A stretch of 59,325 bases of DNA from Octopus bimaculoides (taxonomy: Eukaryota). Position numbers and translations under genes: made by a program. Under the pieces are notes generated by a model. The model made no database searches, was not told where the DNA came from, and saw nothing but the letters and a program-made list of their open reading frames with translations. Where the stretch lies: contig NC_068988.1 of NCBI RefSeq assembly GCF_001194135.2, positions 68,584,526-68,643,850 of the forward strand, given 5' to 3'. This document shows, piece after piece, positions 14,723 to 28,983 of this stretch (its first letter is position 1; the number at the start of each line of letters is the position of its first letter).

Positions 14723-15542
14723 CAGGGTGCAGTGATTAAATTGTGGTTTAAATAACGCAGAAGTGAAAATAACACGGGCATCTCATTTTAACAGATATAT
14801 ATACCAATATTACTTTAAAATATCTTGAAAATCTAAGGAGTAAATTTAGCTAATATAATCGCCATTGGCCTCTAACACAGCTAGATAAATTCGGAATCTC
14901 CTGCAACTCTTCTAGACTGCGTCCTTCTTTAAGTTGGTGAATGCTGCCATATTCTTTGCCTTCAGTTCATCTTTGGTGTTACAAAGAGTTTTGATAGTCT
15001 CTCGTTCAACTCCGCACCACACATAATAGTCAAGAGGGTTGCAGTCTGGGGAGTTAGGTGGCCAGATGTTGAAGATGTTGTGAACGCAGAAATTGCCTAA
15101 CAGTCATGACTGGGTTCTCCTGCTTGTGTGGCATAGTGTAGAGTCTTGTAACGAGATATACGGTATTCCAGCAGCCACCCTCTTGACTCAGAGTAGCGGT
15201 CTTTCCTCCAAGCACATTATGTAAGATTCCGTGTTGAGTATGAGGCCGTGTGGGAAGATTAATGGAGGCATAACGTCGCCATTACTATCGATAACTCGAA
15301 ACACCATGATGCTGATTGGTTGTTTGATTTTTATCACTCTCGTTACAAGTACTGTCCTCATATTGACATCCAAACACTCTGAAATGTTCGTATTGGAGCT
15401 TCTAGCGCGAATTTCAAGCAGTACAGCATGTCGTTTCTAAGTTTCTGCCAGAGTGAATTGCGTCATGGTGTCGTTTCTCTCACAGACGGTGTCCAATTGA
15501 CCCTACTGTACTGCGTTGGTGACAAAATCAAAAAACAAAACG

Positions 15543-15545
<3 letters not shown>
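14723..15545 (-). mobile_element. Degenerate Tc1/mariner-superfamily element (maT/DD37D-like)
   Basis: Minus-strand transposase remnant ..GDVMPPLIFPHG..QDSTLCHTSRRTQS..WPPNSPDCNPLDYYVW... TA dinucleotides flank CAGGGTG and CAGCG termini; the TIRs are poorly conserved. Confidence 0.75.
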
Positions 15546-15583
<38 letters not shown>

Positions 15584-16524
15584 AGTAAAAATAAATACAA
15601 AAAAAGGGGTTTTGTATGATTGTGTATAGAGGAATATATTATTTTGTTTAAAAGAGTTCCAACACTGTCTGTTTTTTTATGTTTTATTTATATTCCTGCA
15701 AAAACCAATGTGGGATATAGAATATGGAATATACAATATATAATATAATATACAATATATAATATAAAATAAAATAAAATAAAAATGGATGGTACANNNN
15801 NNNNNNNNNNNNNNNNNNNNNNNNNNNNNNNNNNNNNNNNNNNNNNNNNNNNNNNNNNNNNNNNNNNNNNNNNNNNNNNNNNNNNNNNNNNNNNNNNNNN
15901 NNNNNNNNNNNNNNNNNNNNNNNNNNNNNNNNNNNNNNNNNNNNNNNNNNNNNNNNNNNNNNNNNNNNNNNNNNNNNNNNNNNNNNNNNNNNNNNNNNNN
16001 NNNNNNNNNNNNNNNNNNNNNNNNNNNNNNNNNNNNNNNNNNNNNNNNNNNNNNNNNNNNNNNNNNNNNNNNNNNNNNNNNNNNNNNNNNNNNNNNNNNN
16101 NNNNNNNNNNNNNNNNNNNNNNNNNNNNNNNNNNNNNNNNNNNNNNNNNNNNNNNNNNNNNNNNNNNNNNNNNNNNNNNNNNNNNNNNNNNNNNNNNNNN
16201 NNNNNNNNNNNNNNNNNNNNNNNNNNNNNNNNNNNNNNNNNNNNNNNNNNNNNNNNNNNNNNNNNNNNNNNNNNNNNNNNNNNNNNNNNNNNNNNNNNNN
16301 NNNNNNNNNNNNNNNNNNNNNNNNNNNNNNNNNNNNNNNNNNNNNNNNNNNNNNNNNNNNNNNNNNNNNNNNNNNNNNNNNNNNNNNNNNNNNNNNNNNN
16401 NNNNNNNNNNNNNNNNNNNNNNNNNNGTGTACATATTTAACTGGAGTTTTTTGCATGTTTTGAAGGTATTGGCACTTCAAGCATGCTGGAGATAGGTCTT
16501 TTTCGCCCTAGCTCCCCTGATATG

Positions 16525-16560
<36 letters not shown>

Positions 16561-16561
<1 letters not shown>

Positions 16562-16760
16562 TCTTTTATTCTTTCTCTCACTTCAGTCATTTGACTGCGC
16601 TCATGCTGGATCACCGCCTTTACTCGAAGAAATCGACGCCATCGCTTATTATTTGTAAGCCTAGTACTTATTCTATCGCTGTCTTTGCCTAACCAGTAAG
16701 TCTCGGGTCGTAAGCACATCAACATTGGTTGTCATGTGATAGTGGGGGAACAAACACAGG
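16561..16760 (-). mobile_element. SINE family A, 3' half
   Basis: CAGTCATTTGACTGCG..CATGCTGGA..CACCGCCTTT motif. Confidence 0.7.
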
Positions 16761-16799
16761 GACACACACACATATATACATGTATACAAATATATACAA

Positions 16800-18040
16800 A
16801 ATTAAGATTACCAAAGTTCTTTTTTAATCTAAAATATACTTTCCTTCATTTCCTACAATGCTCATCCATCTATCTGGTAGACTTGCAAGGTCCCTCTTCC
16901 AAATTACACTTGTCTGTGACAAAAAATACTCCTCCATCACTTTTCTGAACTCGTCTAAAAAATTCATATTTTTCAGTTCAAAGGATTTTGAAGACTCCGG
17001 AATAAATGATAATCAAATGGGCCTGTGTCCGGCAAATACGGTGCGTGGGGCATCGTTTCAGATTCAAACTGCCCCAGCCTTTGGAATGTCATCCTCGCTG
17101 TACGCAACCGAGCATTATTCTATAAAAGAACACCCTTCGTCTTGAAACCAAAGATGGTCGTTTTTCTTCTAGCGTGACTAAAGCCAACCAAGCTGCTCAC
17201 AGTAGATCTCTTTTGCTATCGTCTGGTTTGGGTTTAAAAGTTCAAAGTGGACTAAACCTTTCATATCCTCTTACGTGGGTGAAGACCTTTTGTCATTCTT
17301 ACGTGGGTGAAGACCTTTTATAGCCTGGGGTGCAGGTGTTTCTCCTTTCCCTTCCCACTGTCTTCGCGCTTGACATTTTTTAGAGCACCCATTTCTCGTC
17401 GCCAGTCACTATTCGGTCCAAAAAAAGGTTCATTCGTGAGACATGACTGCAAAGAAGAGAAAACATCCACTCCCTGCGTACGATTAGAGTTGGAAAGTTT
17501 GTGAGGAACCCATTGACCCAATTTGCTGACTTTTTCCGATGACACGCAGGTGTCGATGAATGGTTGAATGACCAAATCTAAGCTTCTCCGCTAGTTCCTC
17601 AACAATTACCATGAGATTTTATTCCACCAGGGTTGGCAGGACGTCCTCGTCGAGTTCTACAGATCTTCCAGGATGAGGCTCATCTTCTAAGCTGTAGTTT
17701 CCGGTTCGGAATTTCTGGAAGCACCGTTGACAGTGACTTTCACTTATTGTCCGATCCCCATATACTGCATTAATACTCTTCGCACTTTCCGTTTCGTTGT
17801 TACCTTTATTGAACTCATTAAGCAAAATATGCTGAATATACTCCTTTGTCACTTCCATTATATCTTTGAAAAAATAACTGTTAAAATCGATCTACATTCT
17901 TCAAAGCTTGCACTAAGAATAAGGATATGGTATAACTACTACCGCCTTTTACAGCAAGTTGATGCAAGTACTTTATCTCATCCCTATCCGATTTTTGTTC
18001 AGGCAATTGAAAAAATCGCATTATTCGTGGATGACCCATT
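16800..18040 (-). mobile_element. Mariner (DD34D-type) element with pseudogenised transposase
   Basis: 17619-17858 encodes an HTH region (..CQRCFQKFRTGNYSLEDEPHPGRS..) and 17318-17575 contains WVPHKL. Further fragments continue to about 16830 with frameshifts. A 5' TIR-like TGGGTCATCCACGAATAATG lies at about 18019-18038; the 3' TIR was not seen. A 21-bp internal duplication lies at 17270-17318. Confidence 0.85.
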
Positions 18041-18061
18041 CTGTCAACCAAATTCACTAAC

Positions 18062-18165
18062 GAAACTTGGCCTGAGGAACTCGTCCAAGTTGCCATGCAG
18101 TGGGACTGCACTCTGAATCATGTGGTTTGGAAGCAAGCTCCTAGCCATACAGCCACTCTTGCGCC
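18062..18165 (-). mobile_element. SINE family A, tRNA-like 5' head
   Basis: Reverse complement GGCGCAAGAGTGGCTGTATGGC..CCACATGATTCAGAGTGCAGTCCCACTGCATGGC. Confidence 0.7.
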
Positions 18166-19088
18166 TCTGTATCATGATGATGTCTTAATAACTCCCTTAA
18201 ACCAATGTTAGCATAGAAATCCGATGAAATTGGACTGAATGATTAATGACCATATAGCTTTATGGACGATATGATACAGAGCTTCTAACAGATGACATGA
18301 TTCCGGTAATGGTGTAAATTCTCTAAGACAGAATTAGTGAACTGAAAGTATGAAGTTACTGGTCTGCTTCACAATTAGAGGAGATAATGAAAGAAATATT
18401 CTCCTCTAAATACATCATTAGTTACATAAGTCTTTGCTGCAGTTGTAGCTGTGGCTGTTCTTATTATTCTTGTTGTTGTTGGCAGTGGTGTTTAACCTCA
18501 GGTCATCTCTGATCCAACAGACATGATCAACTGTGTACTAACCATATTTATAGACACAGAGTGCATCTGTATGCTACATTGTCCAGTGTGTAATTGCCAT
18601 TTCTAAAGTAGGAAAATGTGATTTGCGGAGAAATTGACTGTTCTTTTTGTCAGCTTATTGGAGCTTGTTAATGTAATGTTAATGGGTCCATATAATATGA
18701 ATTTTAAAATAAAAATTCCACTTTATTCTTAATGCCTGATAGATCTTTTATGTAGTGATCTTACAGAATAATAAAACAATCAGCTAATCATATACAATGA
18801 TTATTAGATGCAATGAGGAGAAAGCTGGGTAGGCAGTGTCATAAGATTTCGGGAAAATAGTTTGTAGTATATCTTCCTGATCTATACCGTCATATGTTAT
18901 GCAATAGCTCCAATGTATACAATATATATATTCTTTCTTCTCACTTCTCTTCTTCTTTTCTTTCTTTCATTGTCTCTGATTCTGTATGTGTCATTCTACT
19001 TCTATCTCCAAAGATGTACATATGTGTGTGCGTGCGTGCGTGCGTGTGCGTTTGTGTACAGACACACACATGCACGCGCGCACACACA

Positions 19089-19169
<81 letters not shown>

Positions 19170-19670
19170 CTTAACCGGCAGTAAATAATGGACCCCGACG
19201 ATCCTTACCGTCACTAATACCAAAATGCACATCTAACAGTGTGCAGTCGATGTATCAGGTCAACCTGTAAGTTCTGTCCGAATTTTGAATAAAGAAGACA
19301 CGTGATCAAATGTTATATTTAATTGAAATTTAATCATNNNNNNNNNNNNNNNNNNNNNNNNNNNNNNNNNNNNNNNNNNNNNNNNNNNNNNNNNNNNNNN
19401 NNNNNNNNNNNNNNNNNNNNNNNNNNNNNNNNNNNNNNNNNNNNNNNNNNNNNNNNNNNNNNNNNNNNNNNNNNNNNNNNNNNNNNNNNNNNNNNNNNNN
19501 NNNNNNNNNNNNNNNNNNNNNNNNNNNNNNNNNNNNNNNNNNNNNNNNNNNNNNNNNNNNNNNNNNNNNNNNNNNNNNNNNNNNNNNNNNNNNNNNNNNN
19601 NNNNNNNNNNNNNNNNNNNNNNNNNNNNNNNNNNNNNNNNNNNNNNNNNNNNNNNNNNNNNNNNNNNNNN

Positions 19671-19870
19671 TGATTCTGTAAACTACGAAACAAATGGTCG
19701 TCTAAAAAGAGGAAGGTCGAGAGAAAAAGGTGGATGAGGAATTTTTTCCCAACCAAGTTCTTCGATCTTCTGTGATGTGATAGTTGAAACGCGTCTAGGT
19801 CCACAAAAGAATGCTATAAATGACTGTTTAATAACATTATAAATGTGGAAAATCTGCATTCTCCTGATTA
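19671..19870 (-). pseudogene. Mariner transposase C-terminal fragment
   Basis: ..TSQKIEELGWEKIPHPPFSLDL../DDHLFRSLQN, a variant of the YSPDL motif; runs into a gap. Confidence 0.8.
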
Positions 19871-19894
19871 TTATCAATACTATATATATATATA

Positions 19895-21960
19895 TCATCA
19901 TCATCGTTTAACATCCGTTTTCCATGCTGCCATGGGTTGGACGGTTTGACTGAGGTCTAGAGAGTCAGCTGCTGCACCAGGCTCCAATCTGATCTGGCAG
20001 TGTTTCTACAGCTGGATGCCCTTCCTAACACCAATCACCCAGACGGTGTACTGGGTGCTTATTACATGCCACGGGAACGGGATCCAGACAGGCGGGCCTG
20101 CCTGGCATCGGTCACGTTCGGATAGTTCGGATAGTGCTTTTTACGTTCCACCGGCACGGGGGCCAGTCAGGAGTTACTGGCATCGTTCACGTTCAGATGG
20201 TGCTATTTACGTGTCACCGGCACGGGAGCCAGGTACGCAGACTTGGCATCGACCACGTTCAGATGATGCATTTTACGTTCCACTGGCACGGCAGCCAGTC
20301 AGGAGGAACTGGCCACAGCTACGTTATTGGTTTTACTTGATTCAACAGGTTTTCTCAAGCATATCATATCGCCCGACGCATCAGGGGTATTCTTAACAGG
20401 GCCGGACATGCGTGGCTGCGATTTCAGCATATCTGCAAAGGTCCTGGTCTCCTATCACTACCTTTGTGAGGTCCAATTTTCGAAGGTTATGTTTCACAAC
20501 CTCATCCCATGTCTTCCTGGTTCTACCTCTACCACAGGTTCCTTTAACAGTTAGGGAGTGGTAAACTGCCTTCATTCATACGTAACACATCACAATACCA
20601 GCACAGTCGCCTCTTTTGTACACCACATTTGATGTTTCTTATGCCCAACTTTTCTCTCAGGGCACTTAAATTCTGTCGTGCATGCACACTGACATTACAC
20701 TTCCAGCGGATCATATTCGCTTCATTTCTTTCAAGCCTACGCCTGTCCTCAGCATTCATGGCCCATGTTTCACTGCCGTGTAGCATGGCAGTTCGCACAC
20801 ATGCATCATACAGTCTACCTTTCACCCTGAGCGAGAGGTCCTTAGTCACCAGCAGAGGTAGGAGTTCACTGAACTTTGCCCAGGCTATTCTTATTCTAGT
20901 CGCTACACTCTCAGAGCAACCAACCCCACTACAGACATGGTCACCTAGGTAGCAGAAGCTATTAACTACTTCTAGTTTCGGCCCCTGTCATGTGATGGAA
21001 TTTGTTTTCTGTACATCTTCAATGTTTATTGCTCCTGTGAATCTGCCACACAAAAACTATTTTCCCGGTTAACCTTCCTTTGATATTGCCGCACCTTTTA
21101 TGTGTCCATAGCTTTCACCGGAAACATCGCATGGAGTTTCTATACACACCTTTTCTACAGATCGAGCAGGGCCATCTACCTGAAGGGGATTGTGATTTGA
21201 CTGCCTTCCTACATACTAAGACTCTAGTTTTTGCTAGGTTAACCCTAAAGCTCATCGATTGTAGACCTTGCTTCCACACCTTAAACTTCGTCTCCAGTTC
21301 TGGCATTGACTTGGCTATTAAACCAAGGTCATCAGAATAGAGGAGCTTCCAGGGGCAGCCTGTCTTGAATTCCTCTGTTATCGCCTGGAGGGTTGTAGTG
21401 AATAAGAGGGGGCTGAGGACTGATCCTTAGTGAACCACTACTTCTACTTGGAATTCTTCACTATGCTCGTTGCCAACGCTCACCTTACTGCCAGTATCCC
21501 TGTACAGGACTTGTACAGCTCTTATCAACCGCTCGACTATCCCTAGTTTCCACATTGACCACCAGATAAGGGATCGGGAGACCCTGTCAAGGGCTTTCTC
21601 CAAGTCAGCAAAAGCCAACTACAGACGTTTATCTTTGACTAGGTATATCTCCTGCAGTTGCCTTACCAGAAATATAGCATCAGTGGTACTTCTGCCTGGT
21701 ACAAAACCAAACTGCATCTCATCTAGCCTAACTCCCTCCCTAATTAGTTGGGTTATGACCCTCTCTGTAACCTTCATCACCTGATCCAATAATTTGATAC
21801 CCCTGTAGTTATTTCTATCTAAAGCATAACCTTTCCCCTTGCAGCATTTGATTATGGTGCTACTACACCAGTTATTGGGTATAACTCCTTCGTGAACTAC
21901 CTGATTTACAATGCGGGTTACAAGAACATAACTCACACCTCCGATATTTTAAGCATCCTA
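19895..21960 (-). mobile_element. 5'-truncated RTE/RTEX-like LINE (RT with PHD-like insert, 3'UTR tandem repeats, (GAT)n tail)
   Basis: Fragments NYRGIKLL..QFGFVPGRSTTDAIF, AFADLEKALDRV, GSVLSPLLF, LLYSDDL, SFCYLGD, LHGSETW, RGRTRKTW. The 3'UTR contains GGATGCCCTTCCTAAC (plus strand), and the tail lies at 19895-19904. Multiple stops and frameshifts. Confidence 0.9.
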
Positions 21961-22279
21961 GCGATGATCCCATTTGTTCCTCTTTAATTTTGAGAGGAAT
22001 AAATGAAAAGAAATATAATTTAGGAACACTATGAATATAGTTACATTACAAATTTACCGCAAGTGTAAATTGCAGGAGGGAGAAAAATCTTAATGAAAGA
22101 GCAATAACTTGTGAAATATGCATATACATTCATTACCTATTTTTTTCTAATTCGATCGTATCGTTTGCATAGACGTATTCGTTTACGAAACGTCGTAAAT
22201 TTCTTTGCTGGCTGTGAAATCTACAAAACGTCTGAAGAGATAATTTGAAAATACATAGTTACATAGCTAGCAAGCTTTC

Positions 22280-22321
<42 letters not shown>

Positions 22322-22378
22322 CATACATACATACATACATACATACATACATAAATACATACATACATGCATACATAC
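22280..22378. repeat. (TAGA)n-(TACA)n compound microsatellite
   Basis: Directly visible. Confidence 0.95.
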
Positions 22379-23153
22379 ACATTCATGCATGTATGCTTAC
22401 CTCATACGCTTTGTCTATTGCAATCTGCACGTGTTAATTCCGTATCTATACTGTACTTTATCCACGTTATTCATTATTAATTAAAGGGGCGCTTGTAACA
22501 GTGAGCAGAAAAGTGTTGCAAGGTAGACACACTAGCAAATACATAATTTTCTCCTGTAAATTTCGTCTTATTCTTTTTGTTTCATTCAATACAATCAAAT
22601 GGTAATGTTAATTAAAATAATAAAATAGTTTTGATCGCACATGTGAGCTATCATCTTTGAACAAGTTTCCATTGATTCGCAAAACAAAAGGAAAATACTT
22701 TGGGCCATTTAAAATAAAGCTGTTGTGTTCGATATCATGATGGTGATACATCGCCCCTATCGTTTTAACGACGCTTCTGAAAAATATTTTTATGTATTAA
22801 AGTTGTTTCCAATAAAAAGAATATATTCAATTGTTAATAGCTTCCAGCAAGTACTTCAAGAAATTGTAAAAGACAACTCAAATATTTAAAAATAAAACAA
22901 GTCTACCGCAAGAGTAAATTGCACGAGGNNNNNNNNNNNNNNNNNNNNNNNNNNNNNNNNNNNNNNNNNNNNNNNNNNNNNNNNNNNNNNNNNNNNNNNN
23001 NNNNNNNNNNNNNNNNNNNNNNNNNNNNNNNNNNNNNNNNNNNNNNNNNNNNNNNNNNNNNNNNNNNNNNNNNNNNNNNNNNNNNNNNNNNNNNNNNNNN
23101 NNNNNNNNNNNNNNNNNNNNNNNNNNNNNNNNNNNNNNNNNNNNNNNNNNNNN

Positions 23154-23191
<38 letters not shown>

Positions 23192-26100
23192 TGCGTGTGT
23201 GTGTGTGTTTGCGTATGTACGTATGTTTATGAAATGCGTGTTTGTAGCGGCCACGGCAGTATACCCGTAATGCGTGTGTGAGTATGTTTGTGTGCGTACG
23301 TGTGTGGACATATATTAAGGTTTTCAACAAATACAGGCTTATAGTACTTAATGCACTTTTAACCGTTTTATGTATCTTAATGAATGTAGCTGCAAGTGAT
23401 AATGTTAGAGTTGTATTTAATTTTCGTGTTTTAATCAACTCCATCTTGTTTCAAGAAATCATATTCCCAGCGCTTCTAACTCTTTTTCAAGTACAATCCT
23501 ATAAAATAAATAAAAGACAGTTCAATAAATTATAGTGGTTCTTATGAAGCAGCAATTATAAGAAAACGAGCGAGTCTAAGAGAAACAATGTTGTAGTAGT
23601 TTATCGTTACTATTTTCATTTGTCTTATGTTGATCTGTTAAAGAAAAGCGTTGCAGAGAGATAAAGTTTAGTAAATTATGTGTGTATCAGTAAAGATACA
23701 AACTGGTAAAACTCAACAAGCATCAAATAAATTCTATAGACGTCATTTCTGCCAGTATATTAAAAGAAGCAGTAAATGAGAAGATACATATAGCTATAGG
23801 TGAAAGATAGAAAATAGAAAATACGTATCGAAGAGAGTAAATTGTTCATACAATTGAAGGAACATAAAACAGCAGCATCATATATCGACAGGAGCTGCAT
23901 AAATTTAACATTTGCTACTCCAATGTTTCCATAGATTCCTCCGGAGTTATGAACATTTGAAATAACGGTAGGAAATCTGTTTTACCCAAATATTTTAGAA
24001 ACCCGGCGTTTATATATAATTAAAAGGATACTTTTTAACTTAAAATATGCCAGGAATATAGTTACATTACTATGTGTACTTCGTTATGCATATTTTTGTC
24101 AAAAAACAAAGCTGAGTATTATAATAATTAGCCTAGGGATTAATTACTAAACTCTGAATATAACAATGGAGTAGCAGGTGATTTGTTCCTCTCTTTGACG
24201 CACAGAGGTATGATTAGTTTCGTTTTTAACAATGTGTTCAAATATCGTCCTCCCTCTGAGCACCGTTAATTTGGCGGTATTCTTTTAATTGGCAACTCCT
24301 CATCCTCCCATAATATAATTTTAATATAACTAAAAACGGTTGTAATATATACGAACGTAAACTGCCATGAGCGTAGGTTCTTTACTGCATACTGAAAGTC
24401 TTAGCTAGGCTGGTTTTAAAGTTGGTGTTCTACATTCTAATATATCTATAATTAAAGATGCAATATATTTAGAGATATTTTGTATTCATAAAAGAAGTGA
24501 AATCAACATCTGAAATATTCTGCATTTTAAAACTTTACAAGTATTACAATAACTCCACACATTAAGATTTCAGATGAATTAATTCAATAAAAATAGCCAG
24601 TCAGGTTATGGATTATACACTGATTTCTGTGATATGTATATTGTGAATTTCATTCGCATTTATTGATAACTAGTCACCTTTACAGCTAAGAAAACTTGAT
24701 TCTTTTCATTTAAAAATAATTTACCCCGAAGATCACATGCATTAAGTTAGTTTCATTTTTCCAATTTTAATGTTTTCTAAGCATTATCTGAATGACAGCT
24801 CTGTGGAATCCCGCCGTGTGTTCCTAAATTCTATTTCTCTTCATTTGTTCCTCTCAAAATTAAAGAGGAATATTTTAAAACAATTTCTAGAAAAATATCA
24901 AATTAATATAAAGGTTACTTCGTTTACTCATAAACTTTAATTTGTGCTTTCATTAGTCTTGTATGTTCATCACGTTTTCTTGTGGTGAAAAGAGGTTTTT
25001 ACCTGTTATATAAAACAGCGAGTGAGAAAAACGTGTGAGTACTTAACTATTAAGTATTTCAAGCCGTTGATTCAGTGAAAGACAGAGTAGAAAGGGTGTA
25101 TTAAATACTCAAGAATAACATTTGCCATTCCAAACATGTGCTGTAAGGAAGCAAAGAATAAAGGTAATTATTCAATTTCTGCGAGCAAAGCGGTTGACAG
25201 AGATATTAATTCAATTTAGCGTGTGTAAGATTTTTAAATCATTGGGAAACGATATAGGTTGTGATTTTAACGTAACAAGAACATGTCATTGAACTAGAAA
25301 TTTTACGTAGAATCATTGCAAATAAAGACAGAAAATGCTGAAAAGACACTGGTCTTATTTCTTAAAAATTAGATAAAGGGTATCGTCAATAGCGTCCTCT
25401 GATATCTAGATCTGACAGATTACTGAATTCGGCATATATTTTGTCTCCGTATTCCTCAGCTGATGTCGACATCAACCAACATTGTCGTGACAAACACCTC
25501 ATAATCAACGTTTTACGCCATTTTCAACAACTTTTTATTACTATTATTACTGTTAATATATATTATAAACTTTTCTTCTCTCTATTTTGTTGTAGGGCCG
25601 TGGATTAACAGAATCGTCAGATCTTCGATGTAGCTCATATGACTTCTGTTATTTCTGTCGGAATTTTGCGTTTTTAATTAATATCTATAGTCTTCTGAAG
25701 TTACTTTTGCGTTTAATACTCCCGAAATTGATGAAACAAAGTACCAGTCAAATGCTGAGTCCGATTTAATCGATTATAAGGTTTCTACAAAGTTTATGGC
25801 CTTCTGCTTATGTAAAATGTATTTTGCAAAATACTTTCGGTTAGTTAGAAATAGAGGGCGAATCATCCTCCTCTAATTATACGCTGTCGTTTTGGAGATA
25901 CTGATCACGTTATCTAATCAACACCCACACCAAATCTTTGAAATAAGCTACCTGCATATTCAGATAATGTTTTAGATTAAATGTTATTAACACTACATTC
26001 TAACTTCTCTGGAACAGTTGGAACAGCTTTACTACTAAAACTAAGAGTAAGATTTCTCAAAATTCCAAACCTTCCCACTTAAAGCACATAAGAAACGGAA

Positions 26101-26614
26101 GTCTCAGGAACATTTTATATGAATGAAAGCATGTTCACGACAGGAATGATTCCCTTAATAGGTGTTTTTTTGATCAGAGATGACTTGGGGCTATAAAAAG
26201 ATAAAAATATTACATTCTGCACTAAACAATTTTCCAAACGGCTCATCAAACTATGATTTCTTCCCCTTCATTTTGTCTTAGATTTACACCTTTAGACCAA
26301 CAAAATGAAGTTTCCATCTCGCCGAAACATTAAAACGAGCATCTTATCACGGCATGCCACTTATTGTGCTTGAAAAAAATCGTTAAATATACTTCAATGA
26401 AAATCAATACCGGGAAGTTCAATTTATCGACTTTGGCAAGAAGAAACCACTTACAAGCCTAATTCTGTTTATACTGCAGTTTTAATCTATTACAGTAGGT
26501 GGAAGTTAACGAATGGGTTCTATGTGAATGTACAATATTTTATACATTCAAGAACATATAAGAAAATAGATATATGCGCAAGATACATTCAATTAAATAG
26601 ATTTTTTTCTTTAT

Positions 26615-26790
26615 GTAGCATGACCAAATGATAAAGAAACTTACTTTACAATTAAGTGGTTTGGATTCAATCCCACTGCGTGGTTTTTGAGCGATGATCT
26701 TTTAACATAGCCTTAGATCAACCAATGCATCGTACATTTAATTTAGTTGACGGCAACTTTGTTGAAGCATATCGGAAGGACCTTTCTTGT
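26615..26790 (+). mobile_element. SINE family A, degenerate 5' half
   Basis: GGATTCAATCCCACTGCGTGG..TAGCCTTAGATCAACCAATGC matches the family head. Confidence 0.55.
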
Positions 26791-27657
26791 TTTCTGATGG
26801 CAGACTTAGCACGTCGCTCTGTTTAAAGTCACCAGCTGGCTCTTGGTTGTCTTTAACAGTATCCACTGTCTTGTAAGACTTTCACGCCCATAGGTTGGTG
26901 ATAATATTATTTTTTTCTTCCACGAGATTTGATTGTCCAGAAATGAGTTATTGACGCTGTTCTTCGCACTAACTAACCAACAAATACCTGCAAGAAATAA
27001 CAGCCACATCTCTTACAAAATACATCCTATCACCATAAAAATATGAAGGACGTGTCAGATAATGTAGTTCAAGATAAAATATCCTTGGACAAAGGAAGAT
27101 GGGTCACAGTTAAAACATCTTTCATTACAGGCTTCTACGATCAGGACAGTGAAATATAAGAGGGAAAACAGAGAGTATTTGAGAAAAATCAATATCTTTT
27201 CTGTGGAGAAATGAAAAATTTCTCAAGCTATTAAAAATATCAAACGACAAGCAGGAATTGAATTTCATATCTCCAGTACTTACTAAGTTGTATTACGAAG
27301 TTGTCAAATAATATTTCTGCTAAGAAACCTCAGATATCTTCTCATCCCATGGTGTGCATCGTAAGAAATTATATTTTATGAATATTAAATGTTTTTCCGG
27401 AGCCAAATTGTCATCAGATTTCATGGATTTTTTGTAGCTTTCTTTTTTTTTTTTTACCCAAGTGTGTTAATTGATTNNNNNNNNNNNNNNNNNNNNNNNN
27501 NNNNNNNNNNNNNNNNNNNNNNNNNNNNNNNNNNNNNNNNNNNNNNNNNNNNNNNNNNNNNNNNNNNNNNNNNNNNNNNNNNNNNNNNNNNNNNNNNNNN
27601 NNNNNNNNNNNNNNNNNNNNNNNNNNNNNNNNNNNNNNNNNNNNNNNNNNNNNNNNN

Positions 27658-27740
27658 GAAGAAGAAGAAGAAGAAGAAGAAGAAGAAGAAGAAGAAGAAG
27701 AAGAAGAAGAAGAAGAAGAAGAAGAAGAAGAAGAAGAAGA
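27658..27740. repeat. (GAA)n microsatellite next to a gap
   Basis: Directly visible. Confidence 0.95.
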
Positions 27741-28874
27741 CCTCAATCAATTACTTTCTATTTTAGAGGCGATAATATACATCTTTCATTGAACAAAATG
27801 GAATTCCAGTATTGCACAAAACAAACTATAAATTCAATAATACTGTACATGTTTAACATTTAATACCAGTTATGAAACCAACAGCACAATAATAACAAAG
27901 ATACTACCTACGTATGCAAAACTTAGTTCAAATTCCATAATCGTTTTGTGATCACCAATTTTATGATTTCGATTTATTTGATAGATTCCACAAAAGAGTG
28001 GAACCAACTGTAATCAGCACCGAGCTATTAGTTGTCTGTAAAAAACTCACTTTGGAAAATATAAGGATTTAATTGAATTTTTATGAATAGGGTTTTTCTG
28101 TTAAGTTCTTCAGCGAAGGGAAGGGACATGCGGATGAAGACATGTGAGTCATCTGGAATTTGATATTAACGTAGAGTGTTTTTGTTGTTACTGTGAATAT
28201 TGTCTGTTGTTATTCTCTTCGTCTTCACTTTTTCTCCGTTCTTTATTATTAATAAGGGGAACACAACAACAACAGTAGCAGCATCAGCAGTACTAACGTT
28301 AATAGACTTTCCCATACTCTACTCACTGATGTCGAACTGAATTTTATAAAAGACACCTAATATGTTATCAGCTCTTGAATAATTCTAGGCACAACATGAA
28401 ATATGAATGAGAAACTATATGATCAATATGTTTGATGCATTAATTTGTCGATCTCTTTCTGCAGTTCTTGAAGACTATCTTATTCTGCTGTTCCTCTCTT
28501 TTTGATAGGATCTCTGTTCATTAGGCATTCATAATTATCCTTGTTAGGAATTTCTACATAATTGGTAGACATGTAATTGATCGGAGATTTTAAGTAGGCT
28601 TTCCTTTCAATTTATCTTTCAGTATTAGACTGTCTCTTGCTTTTCTTAACTACATTGGCACACATCCCTTACAATATGGTTATTGACTTTTAGTGACATT
28701 TCAGTGGTTTCAGGGAGACTCGTAAATCCGTTGTCAGGTTCTTATCCAACAGTTTTTCTCTTTCCCACTTTTTCCATTTACTTTCGAACGTTTGTTTTTG
28801 TGACGGTAATAGTACTTTACATTATTTACATTATTTGCATTTCATGGATATCTGTTCTCATTATGTTTGTTGTT

Positions 28875-28920
28875 AACACGACGTTTCGGCTGATATACCC
28901 TCCAGCCTTCACCAGGTGTC
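28875..28920 (-). ncRNA. Minimal type I hammerhead ribozyme (PLE-type), core variant CUGGUGA
   Basis: GACAC-CUGGUGA-A-GGCUG[GAGGGUAUAU]CAGCC-GAAA-CGUC-GUGUU. Stem I GACAC/GUGUU, palindromic ACGU helix III, GUC cleavage triplet. Confidence 0.7.
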
Positions 28921-28983
28921 TTGGGGAAATTTCGAACCTGGGTTCTCATTCCTAAGATATTTTTCGATGTTATTATTATTATT

